Assembly: GCA_963775425.1 (NCBI GenBank)
Contig: CAVZJB010000003.1
Coordinates: 192,001-256,000, forward strand
Direction: 5' to 3'
DNA length: 64,000 nt
Source of the DNA: an uncultured delta proteobacterium
Lineage (GTDB): Bacteria; Myxococcota; UBA727; VGSZ01
Made by a program: the position numbers and the translations under genes. Shown piece after piece: positions 1 to 9,757 of this stretch; positions within the stretch are counted from its first letter, which is position 1, and each line of letters starts with the position of its first letter. The notes beneath the pieces are model-generated. The model had not been told where the DNA came from and ran no database searches. It saw nothing but the letters and a program-made list of their open reading frames with translations.

Positions 1-54
1 CGCGTCGACGTGAAGAACGCCGCCGCCCTGCTGCTCAAGGGGCGCCCGCGGTGA
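1..54 (+). CDS. 3' end of an unidentified CDS entering the window (RVDVKNAAALLLKGRPR*)
   Basis: Open frame 1 with GC3-rich codons ending at TGA 52-54, convergent with the next gene. Confidence 0.45.
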   Translation, partial: RVDVKNAAALLLKGRPR

Positions 55-67
55 GCTGACGACGACG

Positions 68-250
68 CTACGGCTCGTCGTCTCCGGGAGGGGCGTTGAT
101 CGGCTTGGCGGCGCCCGCGGGATCATCGACGCGCTGCTTTCCGTCGTCGTAGTCCTTGGGCAGCTTCTTCACGGTGCGGACGAGGTCACCGAAGAGGTAG
201 CGCCGGTTTGCCAGGAGCAGGACGAGCCCGATGAGCAGCAGCCACTTCAC
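68..250 (-). CDS. Small single-TM membrane protein (60 aa), weakly TatA/TatB-like
   Basis: N-terminal hydrophobic helix, amphipathic segment (FGDLVRTVKKL), charged tail; typical codon usage; starts just downstream of the upstream gene's stop. Confidence 0.55.
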   Translation of the reverse strand: MKWLLLIGLVLLLANRRYLFGDLVRTVKKLPKDYDDGKQRVDDPAGAAKPINAPPGDDEP

Positions 251-256
251 GGGTCG

Positions 257-1129
257 TCACAACGTGACGCCGGCGCGGACGCTGTACTGCAGCAACGTGT
301 CCGCGCTGCCGCCGGAGTTCGTCCCGGCGACGGGGTTGACGAAGTTCATGTCGAGGCCGCCCGTGAGCGTGACCACCGCGATGATGAAGCGCAGACCGAC
401 GGACACGCGATCGAGGCGGTTGCCGCCGAGCGGCACCTGCGTGAACACGACGTTGTCGTCGACGTTGGCGGCGTCGGCGGGGTTGGCGTCGACGATGCGC
501 GAGGAGCCGTTCACCCAGATGCTCTGGTAGCCGACGAATGGGCACAGGTTGAAGCTGCCCATGATGCCGAAGCCCTTGGAGACCTGGCCGCCGGCCGTCA
601 CCGTGAGCAGATCGAGATCCTTGTTGCCCACCATGCGGTTGATGCCGGCCTGGATGGCGACGTCAGGGATCCAGCGGAAGCCCTCGTTGAGCGCGACGCG
701 CACGTTGGTGCCCAGGTTCAACAGCGAGCTGTCGATGAGGTACTCGGCGCCGAATTCCACCTCGGAGGTGAGCGGCACGGGGAGCACGAAGCCTTTGCGC
801 GCGCGCGCGCCGAGGGTCATCAGCACCGGCACCGACGGATCACCGCGCGTGCTCTGCCAGTAGTCCTCGTTGAACCGCATGGTGTGGAACGTGTAGTCGA
901 GGCCGAAGTCGAAGCCGGACTGGCCGGTGGTCTCCGCCGGCTGCAGCGACGTCGGCGTCATCACCACGCCGAGCTCGCGCACGAGCGCGTGGAAGCCGTT
1001 GTTGTCGGCGGTGACCTTGCCGCTCGAGTCCTGCTTCAAAAGGCCGGTGAGGTTGATGTCGTTGGACGCCGCCAACGCGGAGGGGGCGGCGGTGACGACG
1101 ACGAGGAGGGCGCAGGCGCGAAGGTTCAC
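257..1129 (-). CDS. Secreted protein, probable outer-membrane beta-barrel
   Basis: Probable GTG start at 1129, signal peptide ending ALA, alternating beta-strand patterns, C-terminal strand QYSVRAGVTL. Confidence 0.7.
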   Translation of the reverse strand: MNLRACALLVVVTAAPSALAASNDINLTGLLKQDSSGKVTADNNGFHALVRELGVVMTPTSLQPAETTGQSGFDFGLDYTFHTMRFNEDYWQSTRGDPSVPVLMTLGARARKGFVLPVPLTSEVEFGAEYLIDSSLLNLGTNVRVALNEGFRWIPDVAIQAGINRMVGNKDLDLLTVTAGGQVSKGFGIMGSFNLCPFVGYQSIWVNGSSRIVDANPADAANVDDNVVFTQVPLGGNRLDRVSVGLRFIIAVVTLTGGLDMNFVNPVAGTNSGGSADTLLQYSVRAGVTL

Positions 1130-1228
1130 GCGCCCATTTGGCGCCGGAACGCGCCGCCGCGTCAAGTTTCGCCGTGTCGAGGCGCCCCGGCGGCGGCGGC
1201 GGGGGCGGCGGATCCGGGCTGTGCTTGC

Positions 1229-1255
1229 GATCCACTTTGATCCACCCGGATCCCC
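1229..1255 (-). promoter_or_regulatory. Second, inverted array of MraZ-box-like repeats (GGGGATC/GTGGATC/GTGGATC, 10-nt period)
   Basis: GATCCAC at 1229 and 1239, GATCCCC at 1249; mirror image of the array upstream of mraZ. Confidence 0.5.
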
Positions 1256-1392
1256 GGGGCCGGAACACAACATCCTGGGCTGAACATCTGTCTCGCTACG
1301 ACGGCGCCGGGCATCCTTTGGCGCCGCTCGAGAGAGATCCGATTGCATGGCGATGCGCTTGATCCGCGAATTCGGCTCGTTTTACCCTTCGC

Positions 1393-1429
1393 GTGGGTTT
1401 TGGTGGTGAAAGGCGGATCAAAGGGGATC
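1393..1429 (+). promoter_or_regulatory. MraZ-binding direct repeats upstream of mraZ
   Basis: GTGGG (1393), GTGGT (1403), GCGGA (1413), GGGGA (1423) at an exact 10-nt period, matching known (G)TGGG-type MraZ boxes. Confidence 0.65.
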
Positions 1430-1879
1430 ATGTTCCAGGGACTCCACAACTGCTTGATGGACGACAAGGGTCGCGTCGCGTTTCCGGCGCCGCTCCGCGC
1501 CGCGCTCGAGAAGCTCGGCGTCGGCGACAGCTTCGTGCTCACGCAGTCCTTGTACGAGCCCTGCCTCGTCGCCATGAGCGAGCCGGACTTTCAGGCGCAA
1601 GCCGAGAAGGTGCGGCAGCTCCCCCCGTCGAACCCGGCGGTCATGCACTTCAAGCGCTTCGTGATCGCGCCCGCCACCGTCGTCACCATCGACCGCGCGG
1701 GGCGCGTCGGCGTCGCGAAGGAGCTGCGCGAATATGCGGGCCTCGAGCGCGAGTGTGTCTGGGCGGGTGTCGTCGAGCGCATCGAATTCTGGAGCAAGGC
1801 GCGCTGGGACGAGCTGCGCCGCGCCGCACCGGAGGATCTCGCGCGCACGCGCGAGTACCTCGAGCGCCATGGCCTCTGA
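1430..1879 (+). CDS. mraZ: Division/cell-wall cluster transcriptional repressor MraZ
   Basis: MFQG start, two DxxGR motifs (DDKGRV, DRAGRV), ERIEFW; first gene of the dcw cluster. Confidence 0.95.
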   Translation: MFQGLHNCLMDDKGRVAFPAPLRAALEKLGVGDSFVLTQSLYEPCLVAMSEPDFQAQAEKVRQLPPSNPAVMHFKRFVIAPATVVTIDRAGRVGVAKELREYAGLERECVWAGVVERIEFWSKARWDELRRAAPEDLARTREYLERHGL

Positions 1880-2882
1880 TCCCAGCGAGCACGACGCGAC
1901 GGGGCGCGCACAGCGCCGCAGCGGCGCGCGCGGTCCGCGGAGCGCGGGCACGCCCGATCCCGCGCGGGGCCACGTCCCCGTCATGCTCTCCGAGGTGCTC
2001 GAGGCGCTCGACCTGAAGGCGGGCGACGTCGTCGTCGACTGCACCGCCGGCGGCGGCGGGCACCTGCAAGCGTTCGCGGAGCGCGTCGGCACGGCGGGCA
2101 GGGTCATCGCGCTCGATCGCGATCCGCGCGCGCACGAGGACGACGCTGCGGGCGGCGTCGCGCGCCGCTACGCCCCCCGCGTGACCCTCATCCAACGGCC
2201 GTTCTCCGAAGTGCGTCACGCGCTCGACGACGCGGGTGTCGACGCCGCGGACGCCCTGTTCGCCGACCTCGGCGTGTCGTCGTTTCAGCTCGACGAGGGC
2301 GCGCGCGGGTTCTCGTTCCAGAGCGACGCCCCCCTCGACATGCGCATGGACACCACGCGAGGCGAGACCGCGCGCGAGCTCATCGAGCGCCTCGACGAGG
2401 AGGAGCTCGCCGACGTGATCTTCACCCTCGGCGACGAGCGCAAGAGCCGGCGCATCGCGCGGGCCATCAAGCGCGCGCGGCCGACCACGACGTCGTCGCT
2501 CGCCGACGTCGTCGCCGCCGCGAGCGGCTCCGGCGGCGCGCGCGGGCGCGGCGGCGGGCGTCCTCGTCGTGGCGGGGGCGGGCGCGTCCACCCCGCTACG
2601 CGCACGTTCCAGGCCCTGCGCATCGCCGTGAACCACGAGCTCGACGAGCTCGACGCGCTGCTCGCGTCGCTGCCGTCGGTGGTGCGCGCGGGCGGGCGGG
2701 CCGCGATCCTGTCGTTTCACAGCCTGGAAGACCGGCGCGTCAAGCTGTGTTTCAAGGGTGAGGGCGTCTCGCCCCTGACCAAGAAGCCACTCGTGCCGAG
2801 CGACGACGAGATCCGCCGGAACCCGCGGTCCCGCAGCGCCAAGCTGCGCGCCGCGCTCGTCGTCACGGGGAGGTCTGCATGA
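1869..2882 (+). CDS. rsmH: 16S rRNA m4C1402 methyltransferase RsmH
   Basis: HVPVML, DCTAGGGGH, DLGVSSFQLD, PLDMRMD, HPATRTFQALRI, SFHSLEDR, NPRSRSAKLR. Confidence 0.97.
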   Translation: MASDPSEHDATGRAQRRSGARGPRSAGTPDPARGHVPVMLSEVLEALDLKAGDVVVDCTAGGGGHLQAFAERVGTAGRVIALDRDPRAHEDDAAGGVARRYAPRVTLIQRPFSEVRHALDDAGVDAADALFADLGVSSFQLDEGARGFSFQSDAPLDMRMDTTRGETARELIERLDEEELADVIFTLGDERKSRRIARAIKRARPTTTSSLADVVAAASGSGGARGRGGGRPRRGGGGRVHPATRTFQALRIAVNHELDELDALLASLPSVVRAGGRAAILSFHSLEDRRVKLCFKGEGVSPLTKKPLVPSDDEIRRNPRSRSAKLRAALVVTGRSA

Positions 2883-3328
2883 GCGCGCGCGTTCGGCCTG
2901 TCGAGGTCCGCCACGAGCCGCGGTCGCGTCCGATCACGTCGACCAAGCTCGGCTCGTCCCTCCTGTCGTCGTCGTACCCGGGGGCGCCGCGCACGGGACG
3001 CGCGCCGGCCGCGGCGCCGCGCGGCGACCTCGGGCTCGTGCTGTGCGCGCTCTGCGCCGCCGGCCTCGTCGTCGCGAGCCTGTTGCTCCTCGTCGGCGTG
3101 CGCGTCGCCCAGGTGCAGACGGGCTATCGCGTCCACGATCTGCAGAGCGAGCTGCTGCACCTCAAGAAGGAGCGCGCGTCGCTCGACGTCGAGCGCGCCA
3201 CGCTGCTGCGCCCCGCGCGGCTCGCGAAGCTGTCGCGCACGACGCTCGGGCTCGTGCCCGTGGATCCGTCGCGCGTCGTCGCCGCGAACGGACGCGACCT
3301 CCGGTCGCCGAGCGAGGAGGCCCGATGA
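2879..3328 (+). CDS. ftsL: Cell division protein FtsL
   Basis: Single TM followed by a leucine-zipper-like coiled coil; lies between rsmH and ftsI with ATGA overlaps. Confidence 0.8.
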   Translation: MSARVRPVEVRHEPRSRPITSTKLGSSLLSSSYPGAPRTGRAPAAAPRGDLGLVLCALCAAGLVVASLLLLVGVRVAQVQTGYRVHDLQSELLHLKKERASLDVERATLLRPARLAKLSRTTLGLVPVDPSRVVAANGRDLRSPSEEAR

Positions 3329-5574
3329 TCCCGACGCCGCGCACAGGCACGCGCGTGACCAGCGGCGGCCGCGGCGCGGGCCAGGGGCCGCGCCTCGGCG
3401 GCGGCATCGATCCCCCGATCGTCGTGCCGCGCTGGCGCACCGCGCTCGTCTTCGGCGTGCTCGCGCTCGGGCTGTGCGCGCTCGGGGTGAAGGCCGGCCG
3501 CCTGCAGTTGCTCCTCGGCGACGACCTGCGCGGGCTCGCGGAGAACCAATACCTCCGCAAGGTGAAGGTGGCGGCGCCGCGCGGCGACATCGTCGATCAC
3601 GCGGGGCGCCCGCTCGCGAAGAGCGTCGCCGCGTGGTCCGTGAGCGCGCGGCCGTCCCTCGTCGAGGACAAGCAAGCGGCGGCGGCGGCGCTGGCGCCGC
3701 TCCTCGGCGTCGACACGCGCGAGGTCCTCGCCGAGCTCACCGGCGGCGACAAGTTCGTGTGGCTCGAGCGCCGGGCCGCGCTCGACGTCGCCGAGGGCGT
3801 GCGCAGGCTCGGCATCCCGGGCGTCGCGCTGCACCAGGACACGCGGCGCACCTGGCCGCAGAAGGCGCTCGCCGGCCAGCTCCTGGGGCTCGTGGACATC
3901 GACGGACGCGCGCAGGGCGGGGTGGAGCAGGCGTTCGACGAGTCGCTGGAGGGCCGCGCGCAGCAGGCGCCGGCGCTCATCGACAACAAGGGCGATCGCA
4001 TCGCTGTCGGCGACGGCCTCGACCTCGCGCTCCTCGACGGCGACGACGTCGCGCTCACGCTCGACGTGGGCGTGCAGCACGAGGCGGAGGACGCGCTCGC
4101 CGCCACCGTCATCGAGCACGGCGCGAAGTCGGGCTGGGCGTTGGCGATGGACGCGCGCACGGGAGCGCTGCTCGCCGTCGCCAACTACCCGCCCTTCAAC
4201 CCCAACGCCCCGGAGATGAACAACGCGCGCAACCTCGCGTTCGCCGAGGCGTTCGAGCCCGGGTCCATCTTCAAGATCGCGACGTTCGCCGCCGCGCTCG
4301 AGGCGGGCGCGGTGAAGCCTTCGGATCGCATCTATTGCGAGAACGGGCGCTTTCAGGTCGGGCGACACGTCATCCACGATACGCATCGCGCGGAGTGGCT
4401 GACGGCGCAGGAGGTGTTCCAGGAGTCCTCGAACATCGGCACGCTCAAGATCGCGCAGCGGCTCGGGGAGGACGCGATGAAGGCGGCGCTGTTGCGCTTC
4501 CACTTCGGTGAGCAGCCGGGCACCGGCCTCATCGAGGAGACGCCGGGCCGGCTGCCCTCGAAGTCGCACTGGGGCGACGCGCGCCTTGCCACGGTGAGCT
4601 TCGGCCACGGCCTCCTGGTGAGCGCGCTGCAGATGGTGAGCCTGGCGCAGGCCGTGGCCAACGGCGGCGTGCGCATGACGCCGCACCTGCTCGACCGTGT
4701 GACGACGCACGACGGCGAGGTCGTGCGTCGGGCGCCGCTCGACGAGGGCGAGCGCATCATGAGCGCGGGCACCGCGCGCACGCTGACGGAGATCATGGAG
4801 ACGGTGGAGCACAAGGGCGGCACGGGGACGCTCGCCGCCATCACCGGCATCGAGGTGGCGGGGAAGACGGGCACCGCGGAGAAGGTGGACCCGGTCACCC
4901 ACCGCTACAGCAACCAGCTCCACATGGCGTCGTTCGTCGGCTTCGCGCCCGCGAACGATCCGAAGATCGTGGCCATCGTCGTCGTCGACGAGCCGCAGGG
5001 CCCGCATCACTTCGGCGGGCTCGTCGCTGCACCCGCGTGGCGCCGCATCGTCGAGCGCGCGCTCGCCGAGGACGGCGTGCTGGCGCAGGCGCAGCTCGCG
5101 GACACTCCGCTCGTCGGCAAGGACGCCGCCGTGCTCGTGCGCGCGGCTCGTGAGGGCGCCGTCGTTGACGACGTCGGCGACGCGGCGGCGGATCGCGCGG
5201 ACGCCGCGGGCGCGCGCGTGACGGGAGCGAGCGAGGGCCACGCGGCTGACGGCGACCGCGTCGCGGTCGACCTCCGGGGCCTCGGCGCCCGCGCTGCATT
5301 GAGCGTCGCCGAGAAGGCCGGCGTCGAGGTGGAGCTCGCCGGCAGCGGCGTCGTCGCGTCGCAGCAGCCGGCGCCGGGAAAGAGGCTCGCGGCGGGTGAG
5401 CGCATCCGCGCGCTGCTCGCCGATCCGTCGGCGCCGCCGCTGCCGGTGGACCCTGCGCCGGCGCCCGGACCCGGGAACGAGTCGTCGTCGGCGGCGTCGG
5501 CAAAACGTTCGTCCGCCACGACGAGCGTGAAGGTGAATTCGAAGACGCCACGACGGGCGAAGGGGGGCGGGTGA
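3325..5574 (+). CDS. ftsI: Penicillin-binding protein 3 (transpeptidase) with C-terminal PASTA-like domain
   Basis: RGDIVD, EPGSIFK (SxxK), SSN (SxN), KTGTA; ATG 3325 overlaps the ftsL stop. Confidence 0.93.
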   Translation: MIPTPRTGTRVTSGGRGAGQGPRLGGGIDPPIVVPRWRTALVFGVLALGLCALGVKAGRLQLLLGDDLRGLAENQYLRKVKVAAPRGDIVDHAGRPLAKSVAAWSVSARPSLVEDKQAAAAALAPLLGVDTREVLAELTGGDKFVWLERRAALDVAEGVRRLGIPGVALHQDTRRTWPQKALAGQLLGLVDIDGRAQGGVEQAFDESLEGRAQQAPALIDNKGDRIAVGDGLDLALLDGDDVALTLDVGVQHEAEDALAATVIEHGAKSGWALAMDARTGALLAVANYPPFNPNAPEMNNARNLAFAEAFEPGSIFKIATFAAALEAGAVKPSDRIYCENGRFQVGRHVIHDTHRAEWLTAQEVFQESSNIGTLKIAQRLGEDAMKAALLRFHFGEQPGTGLIEETPGRLPSKSHWGDARLATVSFGHGLLVSALQMVSLAQAVANGGVRMTPHLLDRVTTHDGEVVRRAPLDEGERIMSAGTARTLTEIMETVEHKGGTGTLAAITGIEVAGKTGTAEKVDPVTHRYSNQLHMASFVGFAPANDPKIVAIVVVDEPQGPHHFGGLVAAPAWRRIVERALAEDGVLAQAQLADTPLVGKDAAVLVRAAREGAVVDDVGDAAADRADAAGARVTGASEGHAADGDRVAVDLRGLGARAALSVAEKAGVEVELAGSGVVASQQPAPGKRLAAGERIRALLADPSAPPLPVDPAPAPGPGNESSSAASAKRSSATTSVKVNSKTPRRAKGGG

Positions 5575-8574
5575 AGCTCTCGGCCCTGCTCGACGGTCTG
5601 GACGCCGTGCGCACCGACGCGCTCGGCACCGATCCGTCCGTGGACCATGTGACGATCGACTCGCGCAAGGTGCGCGCGGGGACGCTCTTCGTCGCGTGTC
5701 CGGGAGCGACGCCAGCGTCGCGCGACGGCCACGAGTTCATCGACGCGGCCGTCGAGGCCGGCGCCGCCGCCGTCGTGGTCGCGCGCGGGCGTCGCGACGC
5801 CGCGGACGGCGTCACCGCCGCGGTCCCCGTCGTGGTCGTCGCCGATCCGCGCAAGGCCGCGGCCGTGCTCGCCGAGCGCGCCGCCGGCTCGCCGTCGTCG
5901 CGCCTCGCGCTCGTCGGCGTCACCGGCACCAACGGCAAGACCACGGCCACCTGGCTCTTCGCACAGCTCATGCAGTCTGCCGGCAGGAGGGCCGCCGTCC
6001 TCGGCACGCTCGGCGTCGGCCCCGTCGACGCGCCCCGCTCGCTCGGCTTCACCACTCCCGAGGCCGAGGTGCTCTCCGCGGAGCTGCGCGGCCTCGCCGA
6101 CGAGGGCTTCGACGTCGTCGCCATGGAGGTCTCGTCGCACGCCTTGGCCACCGGGCGCGTGGACGGGCTGCGCTTCTCGGCGTGCGGCTTCACCAACCTC
6201 ACCCGCGATCACCTCGATTTCCATGGAAGTATGGAAGCGTACTTCGACGCCAAGGCCCGGCTCTTCACCGCGCTCGCCCCCGCCGCCCCCGCGCTGCTCC
6301 CCGCCGGCGACGACGTCGACGGCTGGCAACGGAAGCTGCGCGCCCTGCGCCCGGACGCCGCCCTGTGGAGCGTGTCTCCGTCACGGGGCGCTGGTTCGCC
6401 CCACGCGACGCCCGGCGTGCGCGCCGAGGGCGTGGCGCTCGGCGCCGGCGGCATCTCGGGGACGCTCGTCGCCGGTGAGCGCCGCGCGGATTTCTCCTGT
6501 CCGCTCCTCGGGGCCTACAACGTCGACAACGTCCTTGTCGCCGCCGGCCTCGCCCTCGCCCTCGGCGTCGACCTCGACGCTGTCGCGCGCGGCCTGGCCG
6601 CTGTGAAGGCGCCGCCCGGGCGCCTCGAGATCGCGAGCCCCGCGCGCGAGGGCCCCCTCGTCGTCGTCGACTACGCCCATACGCCGGACGCGCTCGAGCG
6701 CGCGCTCCACGCCGTGCGCGCGGTGACCCCGGGCAAGCTCTTCGCCGTGTTCGGCTGCGGCGGAGATCGCGACGCGGGCAAGCGGCCGCTGATGGGTCGC
6801 GTGGCCGCGGAGATCGCGGACGCCGTCGTCGTCACCGACGACAACCCGCGCTCCGAGGACGGCGACGCCATCGCCGCCGCCGTCGAGGCCGGCGTCGCCG
6901 CCGCCGTCGCGGCAGGCACCGCGGCCAAGCGGCGGGTGGAGCCCGCGCGCCTCGCCGCCGGCACCTGGGCCGTCGAGCGCGCTCGTCGCATGGCCATCCG
7001 CGCCGCGGTCCGCGCCGCCGCCCCGGGCGACGCCGTCCTCGTCGCGGGCAAGGGGCACGAGCGCACGCAGACCATCGGCGCGCGCGTGCTCCCCTTCGAC
7101 GATGTCACCGAGGCCCGCCGCGCCCTCGCCGGCGCGCCGGCCCCGGCGTTCCTCGACGCTTCGCTCGTCACCTCCGCGCTCGCCGGGCGCGTGCCGGAGC
7201 TGCGCGGCGAGCTCCCACCGGTGCTTCTCGGCGTCGGCACGGACTCGCGCGCTGGGGTCGCGGGCTCCCTGTTCGTGGCGCTCCCCGGCGAGCGCTTCGA
7301 CGGGCATGACTTCGCCGCCGCGGCGCTGTCCGAGGGGCGCGCGGGCGCCGCCCTCGTGTCGCGCGCGGGTCTCGCCACGCGGCCGCAGCTCGCGCAGGTG
7401 GCGCCGCTCCTCGTCGTCGATGACGCGCTGCTCGCGCTTCAAGACATCGCGCGCGCCTACCTGCGGACGCTGCCCGGCCGCCGCGTGGCGCTCACCGGCA
7501 GCAACGGCAAGACCACCACCAAGGAGCTCATCGGGGCGTGCCTGCGCGCCGCGTTGGGGGCGCCCTACGTCGTCACCACCACCGGGAACCTCAACAACCA
7601 CATCGGCGTGCCGCTCACGGCGCTCGTCTGCGAGCCCGCGCACAAGGCCATGGTCTTCGAGATGGGCATGAACCACCTCGGCGAGATCGCGGCCCTCGCC
7701 GGCATCGTGCGTCCGGAGGTCGGCCTCATCACCAACATCGGCACCGCGCACCAGGGCAACGTCGGCGGCGTCGAGGGAGTGGCGCGCGCCAAGGCCGAGC
7801 TGTTCGAGGCGCTGCCCGAGGGCGGCGTCGCCGTCGTCAACGCCGACGACCCGCGCTGCGTGCGCGAGGCGCAGGACAAGGCCGGGTGCCGACAGAATCT
7901 CCTTCGGCAAGGCGCCCTGGGCCGACGTCAAGCTCGTCTCGGTGCGTGATCGCGAGAGCGGTGGCCAGGAGCTCACCCTCGAGCACGCCGGCGCCTCCGT
8001 CGACGTCGTCATCCCGCTCGAGGGGCGGCACAACGCGCAGAACGCCGCCGGCGCGGTGGCGGCGGGCGTCGCCCTCGGCCTCCCGTTCGAGGTGTGCGCC
8101 CTCGGCCTCGCCCGGGTGCACGGCGTCCACGGCCGGCTCGAGCGCTCGCGGCTCGGCGGCGACGTGTGGCTCCTCGACGACACCTACAACGCCAACACCG
8201 ACTCCATGGAGGCGGCGCTCGCGTCGCTCGCCGACCTCGCGGGCGCGCGGCGCCGGGTCGTCGTCCTAGGCGAGATGCGCGAGCTCGGCGCGTTCGCGGA
8301 GCAGGAGCACAAGCACGTGGGCGCGGCCGCCGCGCAGGCCGCCGCCGCGGCGCTGTTTTCGTGCGGCGATCTCGGGAAGCTCTACGGGGAGGGCGCGCTC
8401 AACGCGGGGCTCGCGCCGTCGTCGTTCACGTGGGCGCCGGACAACGCGGCGCTCGCGGCGCTGGTGGTGGGCGCCGTGAAGGACGGCGACATCGTGCTGG
8501 TCAAGGGATCGCGCGGCGCCCGCATGGAAGTGGTGGTGGACGCGTTGAAGCGGGCAAGGAGAACCGACAGCTAG
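5571..8574 (+). CDS. murE-murF: MurE-MurF fusion ligase, interrupted by an apparent +1 frameshift at about 7896
   Basis: MurE motifs (GTNGKTT, TTPE, MEVSSH, DHLDFH, DYAHTPD, DNPR, AGKGHE) run in frame into MurF motifs (GERFDGHDF, GSNGKTTTK, NLNNHIG, EMGMNH); the MurF C-terminus (DDTYNAN, LGEMRELG, VKGSRG) is in the +1 frame; deleting one A in CAGAATC rejoins them. Confidence 0.9.
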
Positions 8575-9750
8575 ATGCTCTACCACTTCCTCTACCCGAA
8601 GTTCGTCGGCGAAGCGTCGTTCTTGAACGTGCTGCGCTATCCGTCGTTCCGCATCGTGATGGCGGCGTTGACAGCGCTGGTGCTCACGCTGTTTCTCTAC
8701 CCCGCGTTCATCAAGCGGCTGCAGATCTTCAAGTTCGGCCAACCCGTGCGGAAGGACGGCCCGGAGGCGCACTTCAAGAAGCAGGGCACGCCCACGATGG
8801 GCGGCATCCTGCTCCTCGTGGCCATCTTCGTGTCGACGGTGGTGTGGAGCGACGTGGCGCACCGCGGTGTGTGGCTCCTGCTCCTGGTGACCATGGGCTA
8901 CGGCGCCGTCGGCTTCTACGACGACTACAAGAAGATCAAGTTCAAGGACCCCGAGGGCCTGTCGGGCAGGTGGAAGCTGTTCTGGCAGCTCGCCATCGGT
9001 GGCGTGGCGATCTCGCTGTACGCGAGCGGCGCCATCGACGGGCCCGTGCCGCCCGACACCTCGGTGAGCCTGCCGTTCATCTCCATCAAGCTGTTCAACC
9101 CCGCGCTCCCGGGCCTGTTGTACTTCCCGTTCGCCCTCATCGTGCTGCTCGTCGGCACCTCGAACGCGGTGAACCTCACCGACGGTCTCGACGGCCTCGC
9201 CATCGGCCCCATCATGGTGTCGACGTTCGTGTTCCTGATGCTGGCGTACGCCGCCGGCACCACCATCGCCGACTTCAACATCGCCAACTACCTGCGCATC
9301 ACCCACGTCGACGGCGCGGCCGAGCTGTGCGTGTTCTGCGCCTCCGTCCTCGGCGCGGGCATCGGTTTCCTCTGGTACAACGCGTACCCCGCGCAGGTCT
9401 TCATGGGCGACGTCGGCGCGCTCGCGCTCGGCGGCGCGCTCGGCATGCTCGCCATCCTCACGAAGAACGAGGTGCTCTCCGCCATCCTGAACGGCGTGTT
9501 CCTCGCGGAGACGCTGTCGGTGATCATCCAGCGCGTCTTCTTCGCGGTCACCAAGCGCACCGACGCGCGCCGGCGCGGCGTCCCGCTCGCCGAGGGCGTG
9601 GGGCGGCGCGTGTTCCGCATGGCGCCGCTGCACCACCACTTCGAGAAGCTCGAGGAGGACGCGTGGCCCGAGCCGCGCATCATCGTCCGTTTCTGGATCA
9701 TCTCCGTGATGCTGGCGCTGGTGGCGCTGGCCTCGCTGAAGCTGAGGTAA
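8575..9750 (+). CDS. mraY: Phospho-N-acetylmuramoyl-pentapeptide transferase
   Basis: KQGTPTMGG, DDYKK, NAVNLTDGLDGL, FMGDVG, MAPLHHHFE. Confidence 0.97.
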   Translation: MLYHFLYPKFVGEASFLNVLRYPSFRIVMAALTALVLTLFLYPAFIKRLQIFKFGQPVRKDGPEAHFKKQGTPTMGGILLLVAIFVSTVVWSDVAHRGVWLLLLVTMGYGAVGFYDDYKKIKFKDPEGLSGRWKLFWQLAIGGVAISLYASGAIDGPVPPDTSVSLPFISIKLFNPALPGLLYFPFALIVLLVGTSNAVNLTDGLDGLAIGPIMVSTFVFLMLAYAAGTTIADFNIANYLRITHVDGAAELCVFCASVLGAGIGFLWYNAYPAQVFMGDVGALALGGALGMLAILTKNEVLSAILNGVFLAETLSVIIQRVFFAVTKRTDARRRGVPLAEGVGRRVFRMAPLHHHFEKLEEDAWPEPRIIVRFWIISVMLALVALASLKLR

Positions 9751-9757
9751 CGCAGCG

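Noticed and set aside
68-250. tatA gene symbol
   Set aside because: The topology is similar, but the hinge FG motif is not at the end of the TM helix and no tatC is nearby
8515-8535. Additional copies of the 26-bp dcw motif (CATGGAAGT at 8523; CAATGGAACT near 19934)
   Set aside because: Only the right half matches, which is not enough without a PWM scan
7942-8574. Independent gene for a stand-alone MurF C-terminal domain
   Set aside because: MurF-like sequence continues upstream of the GTG in the same frame to about 7897; a single-base indel explains it
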